NCBI GenBank assembly: GCA_964016885.1
Contig: OZ024741.1
Coordinates: forward strand, 96,968,001-97,032,000
Source: Eledone cirrhosa
Taxonomy: Eukaryota
Length of the DNA stretch: 64,000 bases
Reading direction: 5' to 3'
Shown: one piece after another, positions 25,641 through 38,741 of the stretch
Numbering within the stretch: position 1 is the stretch's first letter
Layout: every line of letters begins with the position of its first letter
Program-made: the position numbers and the translations under genes
Notes under the pieces: model-generated
The model's input: only the letters and a program-made list of their open reading frames with translations
What the model was told of the DNA's origin: nothing
Databases searched by the model: none

Positions 25641-27410
25641 AATTCCATATATGGTCAAAGTGATTGTCAAAAATCAGAAGTAATTCTGTGGTTGCAAATT
25701 AGTAGGGGAGATGGTGGCTAAACCTGCCAGTAGGAGAAAGAGGGAAGGGGGTGGAGTAGACCCAATCAAGCGTTGATAGTGCCAGCTACAGCTGGGCATG
25801 AGGTCAAAGATAATACAGGGGAGGGGGAGGAAGTCGGAACGGTAGGTAGAACAATGGGGGGTAGAAATATATAGGAAAGAAAAAATACTGAGAGTGAAGA
25901 AAAGCAAATAAGTGTAAAGAAAAAAGCAAAGTAAATTCTACGACCTAGGTCTCTAGCTATTGTTAGGCTAGAATAAATAAATAAATAAAGAAAGAAAGAA
26001 GTAAAGAAAGAAATAAAGAAATAACGAAATAAGTAAAAGAACTAGGTGGGACGGATAGGCAAGGACCCTTTTAAGAGGTATAAGTACGTAAATGATACGG
26101 TGACGGGTCAACAAAAGGGGCCAAAATACTAAAGAGACTACCACGAAATAAACAATAAAGGTTTCCATCCCAGGCACAATGCCAGCAACCACCCAGTGCA
26201 GCAAAGTGAACTAGTACGAGATAATAATTCTGAGTCCCGAGAAAAATATATACTAATATATACTAATATATACACTAATATATACTAATATATACTAATA
26301 TATACTAATATATACACCCCACTTGCCGATTTTGCAATGGGTAACCCCTGCTTGCTATGGGAGACGTAAGATCTTCTTTGTATTCTTTTATCGCTTCCTT
26401 TATTTCCTTCCCCCCTCTCACCTTAGTCCTTCTACCCCAGCTCTTCTCCTTTGTCGGCGTCTTTTCTCGCCCACCCGAGGCTGCCCTTTGGCCCCTTGTA
26501 GCCTTAGTACCCCCACCCCCTCCCCTAGTCTATGATAGATTTGGCGGACTCCGCCCTTTATAGCAGTTGGTTTAGACCCCGGATACTTGTCCCCTTTTTC
26601 CGACCGCTCCCACTATTCTCTGTGCCCTCTATATTTCTTAGTGGCACTTATGCCTTATTTTTTCGTTTCAGTATTTCTTTCTTCGCTTTTCTTTTGGGCG
26701 GGGTGTATTCTGAATTTATTTTTCCGTATTCTACCTTTACTTCGTACGAACTTTCATGTAGCTTGTTTTAGATCTTTTAGAGTTAGCATTAGTATATATT
26801 TTTCTCGGGACTCAGAATTATTATCTCGTACTAGTTCACTTTGCTGCACTGGGTGGTTGCTGGCATTGTGCCCGGGATGGAAACCTTTATTGTTTATTTC
26901 GTGGTAGTCTCTTTAGTATTTTGGCCCCTTTTGTTGACCCGTCACCGTATCATTTACGTACTTATACCTCTTAAAAGGGTCCTTGCCTATCCGTCCCACC
27001 TAGTTCTTTTACTTATTTCGTTATTTCTTTATTTCTTTCTTTACTTCTTTCTTTCTTTCTTTATTTATTTATTCTAGCCTAACAATAGCTAGAGACCTAG
27101 GTCGTAGAATTTACTTTGCTTCTTTCTTTACACTTATTTGCTTTTCTTCACTCTCAGTATTTTTTCTTTCCTATATATTTCTACCCCCCATTGTTCTACC
27201 TACCGTTCCGACTTCCTCCCCCTCCCCCTCCCCTGTATCTTCTTTGACCTCATGCCCAGCTGTAGCTGGCACTACCAACGCTTGATTGGGTCTACTCCAC
27301 CCCCTCCCCTCTTTCTCCTACTGGCAGGTTTAGCCACCATCTCCCCTACTAATTTGCAACCACAGAATTACTACTGATTTTTGACAATCACTTTGACCAT
27401 ATATGGAATT

Positions 27411-27504
27411 ACCCCTTGAGAAGATCGGCTATTTAAATACCAGGATAAATTTTCATTTAGTCCAGAATTAGCCGTCGAAACGGCTTGAGCTCAGCTGTCG
27501 GGGT
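27411..27504 (+). ncRNA. hammerhead ribozyme (family E, U3-A8 core), predicted cleavage after 27499
   Basis: ACCCC UUGAGAA GA(U)CGGCUA..UAGCCGUC GAAACGGCU-UGAGCUC-AGCUGUC GGGGU; all three stems pair. Confidence 0.82.
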
Positions 27505-27514
27505 CTTACTGGTT

Positions 27515-27558
<44 letters not shown>

Positions 27559-27595
27559 GATCCGAAGGCATGATATACATTTCCAATCATTTTAA

Positions 27596-27670
27596 TCACG
27601 ACACATGTTTCAATAAGAGATAGATCGATCGTGTAGCCATGATCGATTATCACTGATTCTCGTCAGGTGA
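27596..27670 (-). ncRNA. hammerhead ribozyme (family F)
   Basis: UCAC CUGACGA long stem II (AUCGAUC/GAUCGAU) GAAACAUGUGUC GUGA. Confidence 0.8.
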
Positions 27671-28580
27671 AAATGAATTGTCTTCAAATTCTTGATATTT
27701 TATTTTGACTTTTGTGTTGGATAACACACTCCACCACTCAAACACCTATCTTAAAAGCCCAATGACCCATATGACGGGAAATCGCACATACTGACACCTT
27801 AACCCAAGTACCCAACCCTACACAGAGCCCCTTGGTCGCCTGCATATCGGTTGCTTGCACGCACAGATTTGAGGACTCCTATTCTCAATGGGACAACGAC
27901 ACATACTGAGTTCGATAAGAGCTGACTACTTGCTCTTCACATGAATGTGTATATACATAACCATACACTTTTTTGGACGATACGGATGTGTATATACCAT
28001 AACATACACTATTTGGAGATACGGATGTTACAATTCAATCTATACACGTATAGCAGAACATTGAACTGAACTTACTTGCGTGTGTATAGGGTTGCGGTTG
28101 ACCCAATGTTTCCAATTTACATCGTCATATTGAGATTTGACCAATATAACATTTGTTGTTTTGTAAACTAACTTTCGGTGAATACTATGTTGGTATATTT
28201 GTATTTTTTCTTTAACCTCGTGTCGGTGTGTGTGAGTGTACTCACTCACACTAACTGTGACCGTTTATAGTTAAAAATATTTGATGCTGTGTTGGTATAT
28301 GTATATATGTATTTTATCTTTGACCTCGCGTCATGTGTGTGTGAGTGTGTGTGTACCCACTCACATTAACTGTGACCGACTGTAATTCTACAGATTTGAT
28401 TGATGTCCAGCGTCTTTTACAGCTATTGGGAGATAGAGACTTGATAGTTTTATGACCCTAACTGAGGACGATAGCAGTCGCCGTGTTTTGACTGCTTGAT
28501 CTTCATATGAGGGACTAAACTCTGTGAGTGAACACCGTTAATTTTCTCCCTCATATCAAGGATTTGAAGACAATTCACTT

Positions 28581-28654
28581 TCACCTGACGAGATCAGTGA
28601 TAATCGATCATGGCTACACGATAGATCTATCTCTTATTGAATCATGTGTCGTGA
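28581..28654 (+). ncRNA. hammerhead ribozyme (family F, GAAA mutated to GAAU)
   Basis: Inverted twin of 27596-27670. Confidence 0.65.
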
Positions 28655-28836
28655 TTAAAATGATTGGAAATTTATACCATGCCTTCGGATCTTTATTTTG
28701 ATACAAATACTCCGATTTACATCATCTAGCTGTCCCCATAAATGGAATTGGAGATATACAAAAGCGTGGAGAATATAATATTGCTAACAACAATTTTATT
28801 GGACCGTTTGATACAACCTTACTATATAAGAACTAC

Positions 28837-30092
<1,256 letters not shown>

Positions 30093-30649
30093 ATATATAT
30101 ATATATATTCACACTCACACACATATACAGATATACATATGCGCACATATATGTGTGCGTATGTGTGGAAGTGTAGGTAAGTGTGAGTTTATATATAAAG
30201 TGTTGAATTAATTTCAGAACATTAATGTTGATTAGGCTCGTAATTTATATATTTGTTCATTCGGTGAAATGACATCCCTTTACACACGGAGAAATCTATT
30301 TAAAATATGCACACAAAATATATGCACACAAAATATATGCACAACTATATTTACATAGACGCATATATATGCAATACTACCTTCATTATAGCTAAGCTAT
30401 CTGAAATATATGATTTTAGTGATATATGTTGATCATATGTCAATTATAATGAATTCAGGATATGATGCAATAATCACATGAGAGAACAGACCAATATATA
30501 TATATACATTAACGTCAAAATTAAAATGTATATTAAAATGAAATAAACAGTTAAATGTTAAATTGTTTAGTGTAGAAATGTGTTTAAGATAGGTTCTATA
30601 GTAGTATTAAAAATTAGTTTATTCTAGTCTAATGTCTGTCTTTAGCAAG

Positions 30650-30888
30650 GAGGCCCGTTAGACCAGTGGTTATCCCTGTTTCGTAAAGTGTAGCGATTGA
30701 GAGTAGAAGACACCCTATGGACATCCCACAGTTAAACCCTCAGCTATTGTTGGTAGTCATTCTCAGCTTAATATATAGGAGCAACGTGAAATGAGGTGTT
30801 TTACAACACACAACACATAGCAGGGCTCGAACCTAAGACATTTTGATCGTATGTCGAACATCGTTACCAGTAAACCATGCGTGTTCAC
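30650..30888 (-). mobile_element. old SINE related to family B
   Basis: ggagcaacgtgaaatgaggtgtttt..gggctcgaacc..taaaccatgcg. Confidence 0.6.
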
Positions 30889-31440
30889 AATATATATGGC
30901 TTAGAAAAGAATAAACCACATATGAAATAAAATATAAAGCTTATATATTTAAAATCAACTTTTAAAGTGAATCTTTGTTATTCTAATGTCTGGTGAAATA
31001 TAATCTGTTACTATTGTATTTTATTTTGTGTAACAAATTTTATAGATTATCTTTTCTTCCGAGTGAAATAACGTATCTACAATTTCAGCTTCATGAAGAG
31101 GAAAACTCAAATGTTGCCATTGGGGATATCATCAGCAGCGTAAAACGATAACATCCTCGAAAGTATGCAATAATAACAATAATGAAAATATTTTTAGGTC
31201 TCTATTTTTTATTATATAGACCCGGCTTTCTTAGGAAACAATAACAAAATTAAAGAAACGTGGTAGATATCACTAGTAATCCCAATAGAGTTTGAATGTA
31301 GGAGGAATTTTGAGATGACTACAATTAAATTGGAAACTTGAAGCTGTTAATGGCATATGAGAATCTGATAAATATTTATATTGTTTACAACATTTAAACT
31401 GATATGTAATATAGATTTAGCATGAGATAACACAAACAAT

Positions 31441-31535
31441 GATTTTGCCTTTCATCATTACGGGGTCGATAAAAGAAAGTACCAGTAATAGACAGGCATA
31501 ACTGCTGGCCTTGTGTCAAAAGTAGAAACAATTAT
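31441..31535. mobile_element. SINE family A 3' half
   Basis: gcctttcatcattacggggtcgataaaag..gctggccttgtgtcaaaagtagaaac. Confidence 0.8.
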
Positions 31536-33091
31536 TTTAAGGGAGAAATACTGTCTAAATTGTACGACACTTATAGTGAGTTCAATTCTTATAACAGGAG
31601 CGGTGTAGTACATACACATTCAATGTTACATCCTAACAACGCTATACAGCTGACGTGGAGCAAACATCCAAGTAGCAACATTTAAGTAACAATATTGTAA
31701 ATAATCATGCGTAACAACACACTTCAATCTCTTTCGGTAATTACCAAAACTGATGCGGTGGTACACAGGCCAGTCGTTTGAACAAATAAAATACATAGCC
31801 TGTGATACACTTATTTTTCTCTTTATCACTACTTCTCCACAACTCCACTGTATCTCTTCCAAAAAATGTAGAACTACACAATCCACCTAGCGTTTTTTTA
31901 AATTTCTTTACAATGAAGAATCCATGACGAACCAGCATCACACTACGACTTCTTTTTCGAAACTAGTTCCGAGTACTCATTTTCAATGAAGGATACGAAG
32001 TGGCAGACAAAGAGAAACCCGATTCTACAATATCAACGATTGGACATTGGTAACTTTGCGCGCCTTCAGATATCAGGAACATATAGAGGGGTCATATCAA
32101 AGACTTGTTGCACCTATCATGAGAAGATGAAGATGAAACCTATAATGTTTACACATACATATGCTGAAATAGAATGCGTTCGTGATACGCAAAAGTATTC
32201 TCAGTGTGTTTGTCTCATATTATATTATTAACACTCTAATATTATTCCCATATGATTAATTGTCATTTTAACGCAAAAATTATATTCATAGATTTGCAAC
32301 AAATACCAAGTTACTTAATTTATTATTAATGATACATTCCCTGGTATGCCATCAAGTTCATTTCAATGAGAATCAATTAAGATTTCGGTTCTGTGCGAAC
32401 ATTCTTATCCATTATAATATTAAATACATTGTGACGTTGGCAAATTACGGCATACCAATCACAGTACAGGTACAAACAAAATAGATTTAATTGACTTAAA
32501 TTACAGGTGAGTAATTACAACCACCGCAATGAAACTCTATCAGAAATAATTAATTTCGTTTAAGCAATAATAATTAGAGTAATTTAATTTTAATTTATTT
32601 TTGCTATACCTCAGTAGTTATATTATGTTGGCAGATTCGCTACATGGTTAATAAAACTGCTAGAAATACCCGTCAAATATCCCTCAAAAATAGGAGGAAA
32701 TTTTAGATTATATTGTTCTAGATTAATATTGTCTAATACAATAAACCAAATAAATAGATAAATAAATATATCTGGGAGGATCGTGACTGAGGCAACTTTA
32801 ATCATAGTTCTGCTTGATACATATGCACAATTGCCTAACCTATATGACAAAGCAAAAGAAGTATTCTTCCTCAAAGGTTCAAATAATGTGTACATTCCAC
32901 ATTCAAGCGAATTGTTCATGTACCCAAATTCGTGATTGGCCGGGGAAGATCAATTTAACTTTAGAGGGTCCATGGTTTTGGCAATTGGATAATACAATTC
33001 TCTATTTATTTTACTTCGGCAATCGGAGTGACTGTATAAAGCAACTCACGAAACAGCGGGGCCTATAATAGTAGCCTCCATATCAACACAG

Positions 33092-33460
33092 ACACAAGGC
33101 CAGCAATTATTTCAGTACATTACTGGTACTTTATTTTATCGATCCCGTAAGGATGAAAGTGAAAGGTGAATCTCGGCGGGATTTGAACTCATACTATAAA
33201 GGGACGTAACTCTAGACTGCAAAGCATGGCGTCATACCTTCTACCGATTCTGCCAATCCCCCGGCAGAGATATATAATTGTTTCTATTTTTGGCACAAGG
33301 CCAGCAATTATCCCAGTGTATTACTAGTACTTTATTATATCGACCATGTAAGGATGAAAGGCAAAGTTAACCTCGGCGGGATTTGAACTCATATCATAAA
33401 GGGGCGTAACTCTATGCTGCAAATCATGGCGTCCGACTCTCTACCGATACTGCCAATCCA
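33092..33460 (-). mobile_element. two tandem SINE family A copies (33092-33260, 33277-33460)
   Basis: Core repeated twice. Confidence 0.9.
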
Positions 33461-34561
33461 CCACCCTTGCCAATCCACAATGGCCTTCTACTTTATTGGT
33501 ATTCCATGTCTTCCAATTTCAAAGCGAAATTTGTTAATGAGAGCCAGTATTATGGACAGGTGGCGACATTTTTCAGCTCCCCATCACTCTGTACATACAA
33601 AGAAGCACAAAGATACACACACGCATATATATAATACGGACATGAATTGAAACTTTCCATGCGTTGTCTAAATTACACGATATAATTCATTGTTCTAATA
33701 TTCTTTCCTATATGTTAAGGAATGATGCATCAATTATATATTGGTTACAAAATGTGATGTTGCATCAATGGACAATTAGATCTCAGTATGCTAATTTCAC
33801 ATATACTAATACACAAAAGCCACATAATGTTACTTGTTTGACAGCTATTTAATGTCCTGAAAAGGGATGTGATGAATTGGTTTAACGTGTATATATAATT
33901 ACAAAATAGGTTATTTTAAAACATCCCAATGCGCTGAAAGTAGAGGTATATGATTTTCGTGAATTATTTTTAATGTTATAAATGTATGTCCTCTACTTCT
34001 TTTTACTCTCTGTCATCTACTTTTTACTCTCTTTCAACCAAAGTAAGCTTTTTTTAATTCATCACACACAGGTAAAAAAAATAAAGGAAATAGAATTTGA
34101 AATGAAATTGGATTCTTTAAGGTATATTTACAGGTTTCATACGTTTCATGATTTTCAAAAGTTACGAGAGATTGAGAGATGTGTGGCTATGCCGACTTGT
34201 AGCTCGCAACTAAATGATATTGGGAATTTCTTTCAGTTGTATGCAAAATATGTGGCTTACGTTGGAGGTTCAATTTGAAAGGTTGAGGAAGATCACGTTA
34301 CTAGGCATAGAATTCTTGTTACTTTTGCGCCAAAAATCAGTTGTCATTTTTCTTTCCATTTTATGCAGAATTTGTTTAAGGTTTAATTTGATAGGCCGAG
34401 GATAATCATGTGATTTGGAACTGAATTTAGTGGTAGTTCGCGCCAAAACAGGAGTGTCACAGTTTAGTGAATATGGCCAGAGGTAATTCATTTTTATTTT
34501 TCGTGTATATAAGTATGTGTATGCATATGTATGTATTTAAGTATGTCTGTGTGTTTTTATG

Positions 34562-34602
<41 letters not shown>

Positions 34603-34682
34603 GTGTGTTCAGTAGTCAAGGGAAATTTTTATTGTTATTGTTACTGTGGCAAGCCCTAAAATTCAAAAGTACTTATACACAC

Positions 34683-34763
<81 letters not shown>

Positions 34764-35279
34764 GCTAGCTAGCTACACTATATTTTTAGTCAATATTACG
34801 GCGAGGTTTCTATTTCTATTTCAATATATATATATATATATATATTTATGATGTTATGCCCAATCCATTAGGCACCATTCGTTACTGACACCAACAATCT
34901 CTATAATTGATTGTATATACGCAAATATTAGATCGTACTGGTAGAATAAATGGAACACATATTGTTTATACGTACTATTATGAATTCATACAGAAGAATT
35001 AAACTGCTCATTCAACCTACTGCAAATATATATTTTAAATTATCTCCAATCCTGCATTGAAAAAGGAAAGGATCAATGTACCATTTGAATATTAACTGAT
35101 AGAGCGTTATTCTTGGTGTGTTGTAACACACTTTCAATAAACACTAATATATCACTTTACTGGCCATCCAGAAAACCAATCAAAATACCAATAATTTAAA
35201 TACTACTTTATTTGAGCACGATATTTAATTATTAAGAGTGCGCAACGAATCAACATGATAACAGTGTTCACTTTCTCAC

Positions 35280-35390
<111 letters not shown>

Positions 35391-35419
35391 ATGTAATAAA
35401 CAACATAAGGCAATTATTC

Positions 35420-35473
35420 CATTTACCAGTGGTTTCTTAAAAGCAAAAGGTTTTGCTTTCAATCCTCAGAACG
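35420..35473 (-). ncRNA. canonical hammerhead ribozyme (family G)
   Basis: CGUU CUGAGGA UUGAAAGCAAAA-CC-UUUUGCUUUUAA GAAACCACUGGUA AAUG. Confidence 0.85.
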
Positions 35474-35611
35474 AAAAAATCCTGGTTTGTTTATTGAATT
35501 TGGATCTTAAAAACAAAAAAAGGCAAGCTATATGAAAGTGAGGCTGGAGAAGGAAGAAGGAAAGGAAAGAATAAAAACAAAATAAGACTACCCATACAAC
35601 CACACATACAC

Positions 35612-35676
<65 letters not shown>

Positions 35677-36359
35677 TGTGTATGCGCGCACGCACGCACG
35701 CGTATACAAATATAAATATATTTCCCCCATACACATGTGTGTGCATGCGCGCATACGCGCAGGGTATGTTCTGTTGAAAGTGTCTCGTGAATTTATGGCT
35801 ACAGTTGTATAGATTATACTTAGAAATTGTCCACAGAATTTCCTAAACCTTCGTCAATATAATAGAACCTTTAAGAATTTAGCTTTTAAGGAATCTCCCC
35901 TTCCTCCAAATCTATCTACCATGACTGACCCCATACTGATCTTACAGACACCTGTAAGCTAAAGAGATAGCTAATGATAAGGATTGGCTCCAATCTGAAT
36001 ACAGAAATCTGTCTGCCTATGTTCCTCTAAGAACAAACATATAAAAACATTCATACACACACACACACACACACACACACCCACACACATATATGCATAC
36101 ATAAGCACACATATAATTACATAAATACAAACGTACACACACACATATATATACACACGTACACATACACACACAAATACATACATAGCTAAACAATTAT
36201 ACACATACAAATACGTATATACCATAAACACGCACAACAGAACACAAACACATACACACACACATATACACACACACACACACACATATACAATTATCAA
36301 TATATACACACGCACATATGTACACACACACATATATACACAGACACATATACATACAC

Positions 36360-36390
<31 letters not shown>

Positions 36391-36566
36391 CATATACATG
36401 CATATACACATATACACACATACACAACCACGCCCACACACATGCATACGCATACACACACGTATATGCGTGTGTGTATGTAAAACTCAATCTTAGATAA
36501 ACCATAAGGACCTTACATATACGTATATTAGTAGTAAAGTATTAAAGCAACATAAGGCAATTATTC

Positions 36567-36621
36567 CATTTACCAAGGGTTTCTTAAAAGCAAAAAAAAT
36601 GTTCCTACAATCTTCAGGATG
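36567..36621 (-). ncRNA. hammerhead ribozyme (family G, second copy)
   Basis: CAUC CUGAAGA ..stem II decayed.. GAAACCCUUGGUA AAUG. Confidence 0.65.
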
Positions 36622-36755
36622 AGAGAAACCTGGCTTATCCACACATACACATATATACACACACACACAAATACATACATATATAAATACATACACACAG
36701 GCACACACACACATACGTATAAACATATATACATACACACATACACAAACATATC

Positions 36756-36809
<54 letters not shown>

Positions 36810-36833
36810 TACACACAAATATACAGACTCATA

Positions 36834-37146
36834 CACATAGGTATGTGGAGGGCAAGGCAAAAAGAATATATGTGGGGGCCGCATAGGAGAAGGTAAAATA
36901 TAAGGGGAGGTAAGGGAGAAAAAAATATATAATAAATGTAGGTATACAAGAGTACAGAACGTAGAAACAGTAAAATAAAAACCGTAGCAGAAGTACGGTT
37001 TTTATTTTACTGTTTCTACGTTCTGTACTCTTGTATACCTACATTTATTATATATTTTTTTCTCCCTTACCTCCCCTTATATTTTACCTTCTCCTATGCG
37101 GCCCCCACATATATTCTATTTGCCTTGCCCTCCACATACCTATGTG
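36834..37146. repeat. about 150-bp near-perfect palindrome with 7-nt loop
   Basis: 36834-36986 is the reverse complement of 36994-37146, loop gcagaag. Confidence 0.95.
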
Positions 37147-37182
37147 TTTGTGTGTGTATATTTGTGTGTATATATGTGTATG

Positions 37183-37213
<31 letters not shown>

Positions 37214-37464
37214 TATTTTTTTTAAAAGAATAGAGGTGTAACACACGAGTTATGATATATTGGTAAACGGAAAAGATATTGGTAAACGGAAAAGAAAATG
37301 CTGACAATTGTTCACAGTGAAAAATAGTTTAATTAGAATAAGTGAAAATTAGTATTAGTATTGGTTAGTATTCAGTTTTGGTTTTAAGTTTTACCGGTTG
37401 CGCATTTCTAATGCATTTAAAAAATAATTTTGAGATAGAGCGCCCTCAATACATAGCAGAGTAT

Positions 37465-38055
37465 AAAGTTTTAGTATAGATGAGATTCTACAGGACTAGA
37501 ACCGTTTCATTCTTTAGAAATCATCAGGAATCTGGCTTTCCAAAAATAAATGTTGTGCTATTTATATCTTTTCAGGTGGTAGGAGAGGGTGAGGCGTGGG
37601 ATGGGTGGAGGCAATTGGTTGAAAGAAAAGGGAATTCATTAAAAGCTAATTCTTTAAGGTTATAATTTATATTTAGAGAGACAAAGGCAGAAAGAATTCT
37701 ATAAACAAGTTCATAAAAGGGTGCCACTCCTTATTTTTAAGTTTCTCTTAAGCTAACAATGCCTATATTTCAGATGTCTATAAGATGGTTGGGGCTCAGT
37801 CGTGGTTGATGGATTTAAAGAAAAGAGAAATTCTTTAAAAGCTAATTCTTTAAAGCTCTATTTTGAGTGACAAAGGCCAAGAGAATTCTATAAACCAGTT
37901 CAAAATATTGGGTGCATATCATATCATTAGTGTCATTTCTCTGAAGCTATATTCCAGGTGTCAGCAGACACATTCACATACACACACATACACACACACA
38001 CACATACACACACACATATATATATATAAATATAAATATATATACACACACACAC

Positions 38056-38096
<41 letters not shown>

Positions 38097-38125
38097 CATA
38101 CACATGTACATACATATATATATAT

Positions 38126-38172
<47 letters not shown>

Positions 38173-38173
38173 A

Positions 38174-38217
<44 letters not shown>

Positions 38218-38288
38218 AGTAGAAATAGATTAACATATATATATATATATATATAAAATAAACATGAAATAATCCCAGGGAATAATTT
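37465..38288 (-). mobile_element. PLE terminal repeat (family H), left arm; HHR at 37483-37533
   Basis: Inverted copy of 44368-45242; AGAUUC CUGAUGA..GAAACGG..CCUGUA GAAUCU. Confidence 0.85.
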
Positions 38289-38313
38289 GTAACAGACATG
38301 ACATCCCTTAATT

Positions 38314-38353
<40 letters not shown>

Positions 38354-38519
38354 TTCGATATAAATACCCCCTCCGCCTCCGTGGTATTTTCTTCGGGGTT
38401 ATAAGAGGCTTAGCTCTGTTTCTCGACCGTTATATCGCGTGACTATCTCCCCCTCCGCCTTTTGGGATTCTTTCTCACGTCGTGTAGACGCGTTCTTGAG
38501 ACTAGTAAAATGAGGTATC

Positions 38520-38605
38520 CTCTTGATAAGTCGGCAGACCTCGCAAGGACTCTATATCTTTATGATGTATTGTTTTTGTTTATGCCACGAAACTACGTAG
38601 TCGAG
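38520..38605 (+). ncRNA. hammerhead ribozyme (family I, U3-A8 core), predicted cleavage after 38602
   Basis: CUC UUGAUAA GU(C)GGCA..UGCCAC GAAACUACGUAGUC GAG; palindromic stem III; within insert 38352-38675 between TA tracts. Confidence 0.8.
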
Positions 38606-38675
38606 AATCTAGGAGCAGTTTAGGTATGATACATTTTATTACTAATTATATCTAAACGTTTCTTCTCTCTTCATA

Positions 38676-38739
<64 letters not shown>

Positions 38740-38741
<2 letters not shown>

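Larger units (their letters stand above)
25453..27518. mobile_element. large non-coding head-to-head fold-back element (family E)
   Basis: About 25533-26257 is the near-identical reverse complement of about 26788-27518; (TA)n on both sides. Confidence 0.95.
27553..28830. mobile_element. non-coding element with about 145-bp inverted HHR-bearing ends (family F)
   Basis: 27553-27698 inverted at 28553-28698; internal tandem duplication of about 115 bp at 28185-28400. Confidence 0.85.

Noticed and set aside
26246-26315. CRISPR array or telomere repeat
   Set aside because: No spacers, eukaryotic context, and the unit derives from the adjacent element.
31600-33070. Possible host exons
   Set aside because: Short ORFs on both strands with no domain or consistent splice pattern; needs RNA-seq or a translated search.
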